This document shows, one piece after another, positions 43,216 to 52,437 of a DNA stretch of 64,000 nucleotides. The notes under the pieces were generated by a model, which worked only from the letters and a program-made list of their open reading frames with translations, was not told where the DNA came from and did not search any database. Each line of letters starts with the position of its first letter. The stretch's first letter is position 1. Made by a program: the position numbers and the translations under genes. The stretch comes from an uncultured delta proteobacterium (lineage in GTDB: Bacteria > Myxococcota_A > UBA9160 > UBA4427), in contig CAWGJT010000014.1 in the NCBI GenBank assembly GCA_963822965.1, positions 192,001-256,000 on the forward strand, in the 5' to 3' direction.

Positions 43216-43470
43216 TTCACGCGCTCCGGACCGGCGGAGCGCGCTGGACGGAGCATCGGGGCGACGACCGGCGTCCCCCCGACGATCGACAAGTACCAGT
43301 GAGGCTCTTCGGGATGATGCGCATCCATCTGCTCGAGCACCCCGCCCATCCCTTCGTGGCGGGTCTCGTCGACGGTCGCGAAGAGATGGCTCTCGATCGC
43401 GTCGCCGTCGACCACTGCAATCGTCATCTGCCCGTCCCCTCGTCTCCACCCGTCGCGCTTCGAAGGCTCT
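43212..43470 (-). pseudogene. Internally deleted GNAT acetyltransferase remnant
   Basis: LRSATGGDE (N-terminal-like), then LEQMDAHHPEEPHWYLSIVG joined directly to GTPVVAPMLRPAR (C-terminal-like). The acetyl-CoA motif A is missing. Confidence 0.55.
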
Positions 43471-43664
43471 CCGCCTGCCGCCCCTCGACGGTGATGGTGA
43501 ACGCCGACCCGATCGGTGATCCTTGCGTCTCGCGCAGTCTAGTCGAACGGCCGGGCCTGCGCGTCACGGCGGCCCGCCGGGAGGGCGCCGGCGACGGTCC
43601 GGACGTCGCGGGGTGCGTCGAGCCGGGGGTCCGGGCGCGGACGGCGAGCACGGGGAAGACGCGG

Positions 43665-44174
43665 ATGGCGATCACGGGGATGGTCCACTTCAACGTCAAC
43701 TGCAGCGACTACGATCGTTCGCGAGCCTTCTATGGCGTGCTCGGCTTCGAGGAAGTCTGGCGCGTGCCGGAGCGCAACACGGCGGAGGTCGCCGCCGCGG
43801 TGGGCATGCCGCCGTACCGGGTCAAGGGGGGTCTCCTGGCGCTCCGGGGCGCCACGCCGCCGGTGGTGATCGACCTGCTCGAGTGGCTGGAGCCGCGCGA
43901 CGAGGCTCCGCCCTATTCGCACCTCTACCACTACGGCATCGCGCGGGTGGCGCTGGCGACGTCGGACCTCGACGCGGACATGGCGAAGCTCGCGGCGGCC
44001 GGGGCCGAGTTCCTCTCCCCGCCCGCTCGGATGCCCGCGGAATCGGGGTCGCGGGCGCGGTTCGTGTGCTTCCGGGATCCCGACGGCACCGTCCTGGAGC
44101 TGGTCGAGGGCGGCGTCCTGGCCAGAGACCCCGGGCGCCCTGGCGGCGCTCGGGGCCGTCTCGAGGAGCGGTGA
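43665..44174 (+). CDS. VOC/glyoxalase family protein
   Basis: VHFNVNCSDYDRSRAFY...IDLLEW...CFRDPDGTVLELVE. Confidence 0.88.
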   Translation: MAITGMVHFNVNCSDYDRSRAFYGVLGFEEVWRVPERNTAEVAAAVGMPPYRVKGGLLALRGATPPVVIDLLEWLEPRDEAPPYSHLYHYGIARVALATSDLDADMAKLAAAGAEFLSPPARMPAESGSRARFVCFRDPDGTVLELVEGGVLARDPGRPGGARGRLEER

Positions 44175-44176
44175 TC

Positions 44177-44941
44177 ATGGGCAGAGTCCAGGACAAGGTG
44201 GCCATCGTGACGGGCGCCGCGTCGAATCCGGGGCTCGGCAGGACGACGGCGACGACACTGGCGCGGGAGGGGGCCAGGGTCGTGGTGACCGACGTCGACG
44301 AAGCGGGCGTGCAGGACTGCGCGGAGGCCATCCAGCGCGAGGGCGGCGAAGCGCTCGCGATCCACCAGGACGTCACGCGCGAGGCGGAGTGGCAGGCGGT
44401 GGTGGCGCGGACCCAGGACGCCTTCGGAAGGCTCGACGTGCTGGTCAACAACGCGGGCATCGCCGTGCTCGACACGCTCGAGAACCTGACGCTCGCCGAC
44501 TGGAACCGCCAGATCGAGGTGAGCCTGACGAGCGTCTTCCTCGGCTGCAAGTACGCGATGCCTGCGATGCGACGCGCGGGGGGCGGCTCCATCGTCAATC
44601 TGTCGTCGGTCGCGGGACTCGTCGGCATTCCCACCTGCGTGGCCTACGGCGCGGCCAAGGGCGGCGTCCGCATCATGTCCAAGTCGATCGCGCTCGAAGG
44701 TGCGCCGCACAACGTCCGCTGCAATTCCGTTCATCCCGGAGTGATCTGGACGAACATGCAGGCCCGGGCCACGGGCGCGCGCGATCCTTCCGCCGTGCCG
44801 GTGGGCCGGGATCGGGTGCCGTTGGGGCGCGTGGGCGAGCCGCGGGACGTGGCCGACTGCGTGCTCTACCTCGCCTCGGACGAGTCGAGGTACGTGACGG
44901 GCGCCGAGTTCACGATCGACGCCGGCATGACCAGCCAATAG
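44177..44941 (+). CDS. Short-chain dehydrogenase/reductase
   Basis: VAIVTGAASNPGLG, LVNNAGI, NLSS, YGAAKGG, NSVHPG. Confidence 0.95.
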   Translation: MGRVQDKVAIVTGAASNPGLGRTTATTLAREGARVVVTDVDEAGVQDCAEAIQREGGEALAIHQDVTREAEWQAVVARTQDAFGRLDVLVNNAGIAVLDTLENLTLADWNRQIEVSLTSVFLGCKYAMPAMRRAGGGSIVNLSSVAGLVGIPTCVAYGAAKGGVRIMSKSIALEGAPHNVRCNSVHPGVIWTNMQARATGARDPSAVPVGRDRVPLGRVGEPRDVADCVLYLASDESRYVTGAEFTIDAGMTSQ

Positions 44942-44977
44942 CGCCGAGCGTCGTCTGCGGGGCGTTCTTCCGCGGCT

Positions 44978-45787
44978 TCAGGAGCCCCGCATGCGGTAGA
45001 TGGCGCGGAGACGCACGCCCGCGACCGCCTCGTCGTCGGTGGCCCGGTAGACGTCCACGTTCACGTCGACGAACTCGTGCCCCTTCTTCTCGAAGAGGTC
45101 GGCGATGGCCGCCTCGACGACGAGCGCCGTGTCCGGTGCGACGGCGCGGTAGTGCTGCGACTCGGTCTCGAGGTGCAGCCAGGGGCTCATCCGCACGTTG
45201 CCCGCCAGCACCCAGTTCGTGAGCCCCAGCACGAAGGACGGGTTGGCGAATCCCTCGTCGCGGAAGACCGGCGCCATGGCCGAAGGATCTCGCAGGTATC
45301 GCGTCATCTGGGCGGCTTCGCTCCAGCGCGCGGGCATGGCGCCCAGGCCCTTCTTCCGCAGCGCCTCCAGGACGGCACGCGACGCGATCGGTCGATGGGC
45401 GTCGCGCGCCAGCATCGGGTCGTGGCGCCGGACCGGCGGCGGCGGGGGCGAAGCGGGAAGGGACACCCGCGCCGTCGCGCGGGAGTCGCCGTCCCCGTCC
45501 ACGAGCGCCGCCGCGTAGGCGTCGCGCGTCGCTTCCTCGACCACGACCTCGAAGCGGCCGCCGTCGTAGACCGGAGAGCGCACCACCACGTGGGCGCGGC
45601 CGCGCTCGAGCCAGTCGCGACCCCACGCCACGGCCGCCGGGTGCAGCAGGTACGCGGAGACCGTGACACCCGGCACGAGCCCGCCGCGAAACCCGTAGGC
45701 GCGCGCCACCTCGTCGGAGTGGATGCGGTTCTCGGAGTCGGGAACGGGGTTGAAGGCGTCAGCGCGGAACGATACAGGCAGCGGCAT
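44978..45787 (-). CDS. Double hotdog-fold (MaoC-like) protein
   Basis: ENRIHSDEVARAYGFRGGLVPG; second half WLHLET...FEKKGHEFV. Confidence 0.65.
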   Translation of the reverse strand: MPLPVSFRADAFNPVPDSENRIHSDEVARAYGFRGGLVPGVTVSAYLLHPAAVAWGRDWLERGRAHVVVRSPVYDGGRFEVVVEEATRDAYAAALVDGDGDSRATARVSLPASPPPPPVRRHDPMLARDAHRPIASRAVLEALRKKGLGAMPARWSEAAQMTRYLRDPSAMAPVFRDEGFANPSFVLGLTNWVLAGNVRMSPWLHLETESQHYRAVAPDTALVVEAAIADLFEKKGHEFVDVNVDVYRATDDEAVAGVRLRAIYRMRGS

Positions 45788-46150
45788 CCGCAGATCCTAG
45801 CGGCGGAGTCCGCGGGTCCGGCTCCCGTTGGCATCGGTCGTGCTCGCATGAGCTCGGAGACCCCGAGGCCCACCGGTGCGACTTTCTGCCACGTTCTCGC
45901 ATCGAGCGGGTCTTGGCACCGATGTCGCGTTGGGGCGGGATGCTCTGCCCGTGCGTCCGGGCCGGCGGGGCTCGGCGACGCCTGCGCGGAAGGCGATCCT
46001 TCTCGCTTCGAGTCCGCGCGATGGCCCCGGAATCTGTCGCTTCCGAGGACGACCTCGTATATAAGAGAGTCTGGTCGGGGACGTAGCGCGAGCCCCGGTG
46101 CCGCCGCGCAAACCGCTCGGGAGAGCTCTACCACGAGAGAGAGGACCCTG

Positions 46151-46483
46151 ATGACCCGGAATTCTATTCGCGTCTTCCTTCTGTGCTCGTCGATGGCTTC
46201 GTTCCTCGGAGCCACGCCGGCCTTCGCGACCGACGGCGAAGCCCTCTACATGGACAAGTGTGCGCTGTGCCACGGGGAAGACGGACACGCCGAGACGCCG
46301 GTCGGCAAGGCGATGAACGCTCACACGCTCGTCGATCCGAAGCTCAAGACGATCGACGACAAGGCCTTCATTGCCCTCTTCCGGGGAAATCCGAAGCACG
46401 AGGCCCTCGCCGCCAGCCTGACCGACGAGGATCTGCTCGCGGTGCTACCCGCCGTCAAGAAGCGGGCCGCCGGTGCCGAGTGA
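46151..46483 (+). CDS. Periplasmic monoheme class I cytochrome c
   Basis: Signal peptide (ATPAFA), GEALYMDKCALCHGEDG. Confidence 0.88.
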   Translation: MTRNSIRVFLLCSSMASFLGATPAFATDGEALYMDKCALCHGEDGHAETPVGKAMNAHTLVDPKLKTIDDKAFIALFRGNPKHEALAASLTDEDLLAVLPAVKKRAAGAE

Positions 46484-46511
46484 GATCGGGGGTGCGGCAG
46501 ACCGGGGAGGC

Positions 46512-46982
46512 ATGCCGATCCCTCCGCGCCCGCGGCTGACACGACGCCGCTTCATCGACTGGTTCCTCGGAACCGCGGTGGGAGCCCTGCTGCTCTCGAT
46601 CGTGTATCCGGTGGTGCGTTTCATCAGCCCGCCGCGCGTTCCGGAGGCGACGACGCGCGAGGTCGAGGCGGGGTCGAGCAACGACCCGGAGCTCATGCAG
46701 AAGGGCTACAAGATCGTCCGCTTCGGCGCGGATCCCATCATCGTGATTCGACTGTCGGAGTCCGACATTCGCGCCTTCACGGCCACCTGCACCCACCTCG
46801 ACTGCATCGTGGAGTTCCAGAAGGCCAAGGATCGGATCTATTGCAACTGCCACGGGGGCGAGTACGACCTGACGGGCCGGAACGTATCGGGACCGCCGCC
46901 GCGCCCCCTGGAGCCCCTTCAGGTGAAGCTCGTGGCGGGGAGCTCGGGGGCAGGGCGAACGATCGTCGTTTCTCGAGGCTGA
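46512..46982 (+). CDS. qcrA: Rieske [2Fe-2S] subunit of a Rieske/cytochrome b complex
   Basis: Tat motif TRRRFID plus TM, CTHLDC...CNCHGGEYD, GPPPRPL. Confidence 0.93.
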   Translation: MPIPPRPRLTRRRFIDWFLGTAVGALLLSIVYPVVRFISPPRVPEATTREVEAGSSNDPELMQKGYKIVRFGADPIIVIRLSESDIRAFTATCTHLDCIVEFQKAKDRIYCNCHGGEYDLTGRNVSGPPPRPLEPLQVKLVAGSSGAGRTIVVSRG

Positions 46983-46994
46983 GGGAAGGGAGAC

Positions 46995-48152
46995 GTGGCC
47001 GGAAATCTAGCGACCTGGTTGGAGAGTCGACTCCCGATCGGGGCGCTCCGGGACTTCGCGACCCACAAGTCCGTTCCCATTCACCGCTATACCGTCTTCT
47101 ACTACCTGGGCGGGATGGCGCTCTTCTTCTTCGTGATGCAGGTCGCGACCGGCATCCTGCTGATGCTCTACTACCGCCCTTCGGCCGACGAGGCGTTCCA
47201 GTCGGTCGAGTTCATCGTGAGCACCGTTCCATTCGGTTGGTTGATCCGCTCCCTCCATTCCTGGTCGGCCAACCTGATGATCTTCTTCGCGGCCTCGCAC
47301 CTGACCAGCGTCTACTTTCTGCGCGCCTACCGCGCCCCGCGCGAGCTGACCTGGGTCACCGGGGTACTGCTCTTCTTCCTGCTGCTCGCCTTCGGGTTCT
47401 CCGGCTACCTGCTGCCGTGGAACCAGCTCGCCTTCTTCGCCACCAAGGTGGGGACCGACATCGCGGGCTCGATACCGCTCGTCGGGGAGTGGCTGCTGCG
47501 ATTCCTGCGCGGCGGGGATCGCGTCACCGGCGGCACCCTGTCCCGGTTCTACGGCTGGCACGTCGCCATCCTCCCCGCGCTCTCCACCGCGCTGCTGGGG
47601 ATCCACCTGCTGCTCGTGCAGATCCAGGGAATGAGCGTGCCGCAGTCGGCGGAGAGCGACCTGACGCCGCGGCGGGAGATGAAGTTCGTACCGGACTTCA
47701 TGCTTCGCGATCTCTTCGGTTGGGTGCTGGCGCTGGGCGTCCTGGCGGCCCTGGCGGCGATGTTTCCCTGGGAGCTCGGCGAGAAGGCAGATCCCTTCGC
47801 GCCCGCCTTCGCGAACATCCGGCCGGAGTGGTACTTCGTCTTCATGTTCGAGACCCTCAAGCTCGTGCCGGGGGGGGAGGTCGCCGGTATCGAGTACGAG
47901 GCGATTCCGATCCTGCTCTTCGGGGCGGTCGGAGTGCTCGTGCTGCTGGTTCCGTTCCTGGACCGTCGCGCAGAGCGGAGTGCATTCTCGGGGTTCACCG
48001 TCGCGGGCGTCCTGGCCGTGGTCTACGCGGTCGGCATGACGGCGTGGGGATACCGGTCGTGGGTTCCCGTCTACGCGGTGTTCGCGATGGCGGCCGTGTT
48101 GGCGGTGCTCCGCATCGTCACTGCAGGCTCGCGTCGGGCAGGGAACGGATGA
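46995..48152 (+). CDS. qcrB: Cytochrome b (unsplit, includes the subunit IV region)
   Basis: [44 protein letters not shown]. Confidence 0.93.
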   Translation: MAGNLATWLESRLPIGALRDFATHKSVPIHRYTVFYYLGGMALFFFVMQVATGILLMLYYRPSADEAFQSVEFIVSTVPFGWLIRSLHSWSANLMIFFAASHLTSVYFLRAYRAPRELTWVTGVLLFFLLLAFGFSGYLLPWNQLAFFATKVGTDIAGSIPLVGEWLLRFLRGGDRVTGGTLSRFYGWHVAILPALSTALLGIHLLLVQIQGMSVPQSAESDLTPRREMKFVPDFMLRDLFGWVLALGVLAALAAMFPWELGEKADPFAPAFANIRPEWYFVFMFETLKLVPGGEVAGIEYEAIPILLFGAVGVLVLLVPFLDRRAERSAFSGFTVAGVLAVVYAVGMTAWGYRSWVPVYAVFAMAAVLAVLRIVTAGSRRAGNG

Positions 48153-49870
48153 GGGGAACGCTGTCGGCTGCGCTCCTGGCCTGTGCGGTGTTGACCCTCG
48201 CCGCGCGCGCGGGGGCCCAGAGCAGCTCGTGCGTGACGTGCCATGAGGGGCTCGAGGGGCCGAGGGGAGCCAAGCTGGTCGAGGGATTCTCGGCGGGCGT
48301 GCATGCGGAGGCGGGCCTCTCCTGCCACGACTGTCACGGCGGAAATCCCGACCCGTCGGTCGCCGGAGACGCACGGGCCGCGAAGTCCGGAGATTTCGCC
48401 GCGAATCCATACCACGGCGTACCCACGCGGCAGGAGATCCCCGCCTTCTGCGGCCACTGCCACTCGCACCCCGAGTACATGAAGCGCTACCGGCGGGATC
48501 TCCGCACCGACCAGGAGCAGGAGTACCGCACGAGCCGCCACGGGATCGCGCTCGAGCAGGGCGACCCGAACGTGGCGACCTGCGTGGACTGTCACGGTGT
48601 GCACGGCATTCAGAAGACCGACGAGCCCGATTCCCCCGTACATCCCACTCGGGTTGCCGACACCTGCGGCCGTTGCCACTCCGATGCGACACGCATGGCG
48701 GGCTACAAGACCGATGCAGGAGCTCCGCTCCCGGTGGGGCAGGCGGAGCTGTGGCGGCAGAGCGTGCACGGAGACGCGCTTCTCCGGGGTGGCGACTACG
48801 CGGCGCCCACCTGCAACGACTGCCACGGCGATCACGGCGCGACGCCTCCGGGCGTGGGCTCGCTGGTGTTCGTATGCGGTCGCTGTCATGCCCGCGAGGC
48901 CTCCCTGTTCCGGGAGAGCGACAAGAAGGTCGGGTTCGAGAATCACGAGAAGATGTTCATGCCGAGCGCGGGCGCGCTCGGCTGTGCACTCTGCCACCCG
49001 GCCCCCCAGCCCCAGGCCAAGGTCGAGCTGCGCCATTTTGCCGAGTGTGAGACGTGTCACGGGAACCACCTGATCGTGCGCCCCGGCCTGGCTTCCCTCG
49101 CTCCGCTCCCGCCGTACCCTTGCCTCTTCTGTCACCTCGAACGCGACCCGGTCGATGGTGAGCCGCCCGAGCCCCTCGCGATCCGAGAGCACTACCGGAA
49201 GGAGCGGGACCGCCTGCTGCAGGAGGCTCCCGGCCTCTCGGGGGAAGAGCTCTTCGACTGGCTCCTGGACCGGGCCGTCGAGCTGCCCGCGCACATGCTG
49301 AGCGCCAAAGGCCAGAGCCCCGTCTTGAAGCCCGCCTTCGCAAAGCTCCTGGAACGCTTCCGAATCCGCGGGACCACCTATACGTACGAAGATCCGGCGA
49401 CGGGCAAGCCCGCGGAAGGCCGCGTCGTCCGCTGCACGGACTGTCACCCGGTGGTCGCCGGGGAGGGCAAGCCGGGTACCGGCGCCCGGGTGGCGAGCGG
49501 GCAGATCCAGCGGATCAGCGAGCTGACGTCACTCGTCGGACGGACCGAGCGGGCGCTGCTCTATGCACGGCGTCGGGGTGTGGAGGTACAGGACGCGGCG
49601 ACCGAGCTGGATGCCGCGATCGATTCGTTGATCGCGCAGCACGCGTTGCTCCACGAATTCCGGATCGACCCCGAGAGCGATTTCGCGAAGGAGCACGCTG
49701 AGGGGATCGAGCACGCGCGCCTCGCGAGCGATGGCGCCCGGGTGGCCCTGGAGGAGCTGGAGGGGCGCCGCCGGGGATTGGCCCTGTCGCTGGTCGCGAT
49801 CGTCCTGGTGCTGATCGGCCTCGCGCTGAAGATCCGTAGTCGTCCCATCGGCGGTCCTCGCAGCGACTAG
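48149..49870 (+). CDS. Membrane-anchored multiheme cytochrome c (11 CxxCH)
   Basis: Signal peptide; CVTCH, CHDCH, CGHCH, CVDCH, CGRCH, CNDCH, CGRCH, CALCH, CETCH, CLFCH, CTDCH; C-terminal TM. ATGA overlap with cytochrome b. Confidence 0.92.
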   Translation: MRGTLSAALLACAVLTLAARAGAQSSSCVTCHEGLEGPRGAKLVEGFSAGVHAEAGLSCHDCHGGNPDPSVAGDARAAKSGDFAANPYHGVPTRQEIPAFCGHCHSHPEYMKRYRRDLRTDQEQEYRTSRHGIALEQGDPNVATCVDCHGVHGIQKTDEPDSPVHPTRVADTCGRCHSDATRMAGYKTDAGAPLPVGQAELWRQSVHGDALLRGGDYAAPTCNDCHGDHGATPPGVGSLVFVCGRCHAREASLFRESDKKVGFENHEKMFMPSAGALGCALCHPAPQPQAKVELRHFAECETCHGNHLIVRPGLASLAPLPPYPCLFCHLERDPVDGEPPEPLAIREHYRKERDRLLQEAPGLSGEELFDWLLDRAVELPAHMLSAKGQSPVLKPAFAKLLERFRIRGTTYTYEDPATGKPAEGRVVRCTDCHPVVAGEGKPGTGARVASGQIQRISELTSLVGRTERALLYARRRGVEVQDAATELDAAIDSLIAQHALLHEFRIDPESDFAKEHAEGIEHARLASDGARVALEELEGRRRGLALSLVAIVLVLIGLALKIRSRPIGGPRSD

Positions 49871-49940
49871 GAGCGCGACCCAGGACGAAGTCTTGCGTCG
49901 CGCTTCCGCCGCAAGCGAATCCTGCGGATTCGTCAGCTAG
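49867..49940. repeat. CTAG-bounded ~70 bp REP/MITE-like element, copy 2 (inverted)
   Basis: Reverse complement CTAGCTGACGAATCCGCAGGATTCGCTTGCGGCGG...GGGTCGCGCTCCTAG matches 2946..3014. Confidence 0.75.
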
Positions 49941-50131
49941 CGGCCCGGTCGCCGACGAGTCTGCCCCCCGTCCGATGTGCGGCGAAGCGCTCGGCGCGGG
50001 TGCAGGGCAAGAGCCACACGCTCGTCCTGGGGCCCCGTTCGAGTGCGCTCGCGCTGCCGGTTGGAGCTTGCGCCCGGGGTGCGCTTGGGGCAGGCTGCGT
50101 CCCCTACGAATCACAGGGGCTGCGACTGTCG

Positions 50132-50803
50132 ATGGGAGAGCTGGGTCCGCTTTTCATTCCTCCGCACGAGCCCGACCGCATCGGGCTGCTCATCGCCATC
50201 CTCGCCGGAGTGGTGATCGCCGCGGCGCTGGTCGCCGTCGTGCGGGGCCGCCTGCCCGACGCGCTCAGCTACTCGGGTCTGCTGCTGCTGCCGCTCTTCG
50301 GCTATGCGTTGGGCAACATGCACCTGCTCCAGGAGTCGAAGCGCGTCGAGTTCTGCGGCTCCTGTCACGAGCCCATGGCTCCCCTCGTCGCGGCCATGCG
50401 CGCCGACACGTCCTTCCTTTCGAGCAAGCACTACCGCAGCGGTGCCGTCCCCCACGACTCCGCCTGCTATCGCTGCCACGGTGGCTATGGCTTCTGGGGG
50501 GATGCGAAGGCCAAGTTCGCGGGGATCCGGCACATGATCCACACCGTGACGGGCGACTACGAGTACCCCCTCAAGAAGGTGGGCGCGTTCGACATTTCCT
50601 CGTGTCTCGACTGCCACGCGCAGGCGGCACCGTTCCAGGCCCAGAAGGCCCACCAGGATCCCAACCTCCAGCAGATGCTGCTGTCCGGGCAGATCGGCTG
50701 CGTGGGTCTGTGTCACCCGGCTCCCCATCCGCCCCAGGCGCTCGAGGGCCCGGCGGCCTGGCAGGCCTTCGAGACCTCGGAGACCTCGGAGACCTCGAAA
50801 TGA
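50132..50803 (+). CDS. NapC/NirT-like tetraheme cytochrome c
   Basis: Two N-terminal hydrophobic helices; FCGSCHEPM, CYRCH, CLDCH, CVGLCH. Confidence 0.8.
   Translation: MGELGPLFIPPHEPDRIGLLIAILAGVVIAAALVAVVRGRLPDALSYSGLLLLPLFGYALGNMHLLQESKRVEFCGSCHEPMAPLVAAMRADTSFLSSKHYRSGAVPHDSACYRCHGGYGFWGDAKAKFAGIRHMIHTVTGDYEYPLKKVGAFDISSCLDCHAQAAPFQAQKAHQDPNLQQMLLSGQIGCVGLCHPAPHPPQALEGPAAWQAFETSETSETSK
50771..50797. repeat. In-frame 9-bp tandem repeat (GAGACCTCG x3)
   Basis: Encodes ETSETSETS at the C-terminus of the NapC-like protein. Confidence 0.8.
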
Positions 50804-51015
50804 TGGCCCGGATCGCCGCGATCCTGGTGATCGCGTCCCAGATTCTCCTGATCTGGGTGGCGCTCCATCCAACGGGGCGGAGCGCCATCTACTTCATGTT
50901 CGTGGGCCATCCGCTGGCCCTCGTCGGATTCGTCCTCGCGTCCGTCGCCCTCGGCCGTCGCCTGGCGCGCGAGCGCGCTGCGAGGAAGGCCGCGAGCTCG
51001 GCCCCATCCCCGTAG
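50800..51015 (+). CDS. Small two-TM membrane protein
   Basis: ATGA overlap with the NapC-like stop. MMARIAAILVIASQILLIWVALHPTGRSAIYFMFVGHPLALVGFVLASVAL plus a basic tail. Confidence 0.65.
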   Translation: MMARIAAILVIASQILLIWVALHPTGRSAIYFMFVGHPLALVGFVLASVALGRRLARERAARKAASSAPSP

Positions 51016-51046
51016 GCGTACCGGGGCGGGCACCTCGGGGTTCACC

Positions 51047-52429
51047 TCACGGGTCGACTTCCGGATCCGTGGATGGCGCGACCCGAGAGGGTGTTCGCTC
51101 CGTCGATACCGCGCGCGCGTGGGCGAGCACCCGCTGGACCACCGCTTCCGGAGCCTCGATCGCGAGGGCATGGCCGCAGCCCGGCACGACCTGGCACTCG
51201 GAGCCGGGAATCCTCTCGGCGAGGGTGCGCGCATCGGGCGTCAGCAGGTCCGCGCCGGCCGCCAGCACCAACGTCGGTACGTCGATCCGCGGCAGATCGG
51301 ACTCTCGGGAGCCGGACCAGGCCGCCATTCCCGCCGCCGCACGGGCCAGGGTCTCGGGGTTCGCACGCCGCGCACTTTCCGCCAGGCCGCGCAGGGTGCG
51401 CGCGCGACGCGCCTCGTCGGCGAGCAGAGCGTCGCCGAAGAGCCACGGGGCGAGGAAGAGCGCCACGGTCTCCGGCGTGGCCTCCGCGGCGACCCGCTGC
51501 CAGGCGCGCGCGAACGCGAGCAGCCGCGGCGTGGCGGACGCGAAGGGCGTGATCAGGCAGAGCGACCGGATCTTCGCCGGGTGCCGCAGGGCGAGCTCGA
51601 CGGCGGTCGCCGCGCCCAGGCTCGCTCCCACGACGTGGGCCGGCGCCTCGAGCACCGCGGCGACGTCGTCGGCTGCGCGTCCGACCTCGTAGACGTCGAG
51701 ATCGGGCGCGTCGGAGGCGCCGATGCCGCGGGGGTTCACGCACAGGACGTCGAAGTCCTTCGCGAGGGTGGGAACGACCAGCGCGAACGAAGAGGCGTCG
51801 CTGCCGAAGCCGGGGAGGAGCACCACGGGGTCGGCTCGTGCTTCGGCCCCCGCCTCCGAGCTGCGCGCCGCGCGCAGCACTTCGAGCGCGACGCCGTCCT
51901 CGACCACGACGAGGCGCTCCCGGGCGGCGAGGAACGACTCGACGTCCTGCAGCGTGACACGGCCGTTCGGTCCGGTGCCGGCCACGCGCTCGAGCGCGAC
52001 GCCGTGCTTCTTGGCGAGCGCGCGCGCGGCCGGCGCCACGGGTCGGCGCTCGCCGGAGCCGCGCGCGCGGCCAGGCTCTCCTCCCTTCTTCTCCCGCTCC
52101 CGCACCTCGGGACGCGGGCCCTCCGCGCGCGGCGGCTCCGGCGGCGCGAAGGTCGCCGCGAACGAATCCGCGTCGAAGGGCTCGTCGGGGGCGTCGGTGA
52201 TGGCGGCGAGCAGCGTGCCACAGGCCACCGTCTGCCCGGGAAGAACGAAGACGTGACGAAGGACGCCGCTCGCCGTCGCCTCGATCTCCGACTCGGCCTT
52301 CTCGCTCTCGATCACGAGCACGGTCGCCCCCTTCGAGACGGGGCCGCCCGTCGCAACCGGCCACTCGACGACCGTTCCCTCCTCCATCGTCATGCCGAGA
52401 CGCGGCATCACGATCGCGGTGGCCGCCAT
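51047..52429 (-). CDS. acoC: AcoC-like E2 component: lipoyl domain, E3-binding domain and alpha/beta hydrolase
   Basis: MPRLGMTMEEG, IESEKA (lipoyl Lys), AARALAKKHGV...GTGPNGRV, GASLG nucleophile elbow, CGH. Confidence 0.75.
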   Translation of the reverse strand: MAATAIVMPRLGMTMEEGTVVEWPVATGGPVSKGATVLVIESEKAESEIEATASGVLRHVFVLPGQTVACGTLLAAITDAPDEPFDADSFAATFAPPEPPRAEGPRPEVREREKKGGEPGRARGSGERRPVAPAARALAKKHGVALERVAGTGPNGRVTLQDVESFLAARERLVVVEDGVALEVLRAARSSEAGAEARADPVVLLPGFGSDASSFALVVPTLAKDFDVLCVNPRGIGASDAPDLDVYEVGRAADDVAAVLEAPAHVVGASLGAATAVELALRHPAKIRSLCLITPFASATPRLLAFARAWQRVAAEATPETVALFLAPWLFGDALLADEARRARTLRGLAESARRANPETLARAAAGMAAWSGSRESDLPRIDVPTLVLAAGADLLTPDARTLAERIPGSECQVVPGCGHALAIEAPEAVVQRVLAHARAVSTERTPSRVAPSTDPEVDP

Positions 52430-52437
52430 TCCGGCCC

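Noticed and set aside
45797..45820. Third copy of the CTAG element (CTAGCGGCGGAGTCCGCGGG)
   Set aside because: The similarity is short, the core hairpin is absent and there is no closing CTAG.
46108..46126. c-di-GMP-I (GEMM) riboswitch-like GCAAACC-GCTC-GGGA-GAGC before the cytochrome operon
   Set aside because: The required downstream GACGCAAAGC segment and P3 stem are absent. An Infernal scan would settle it.
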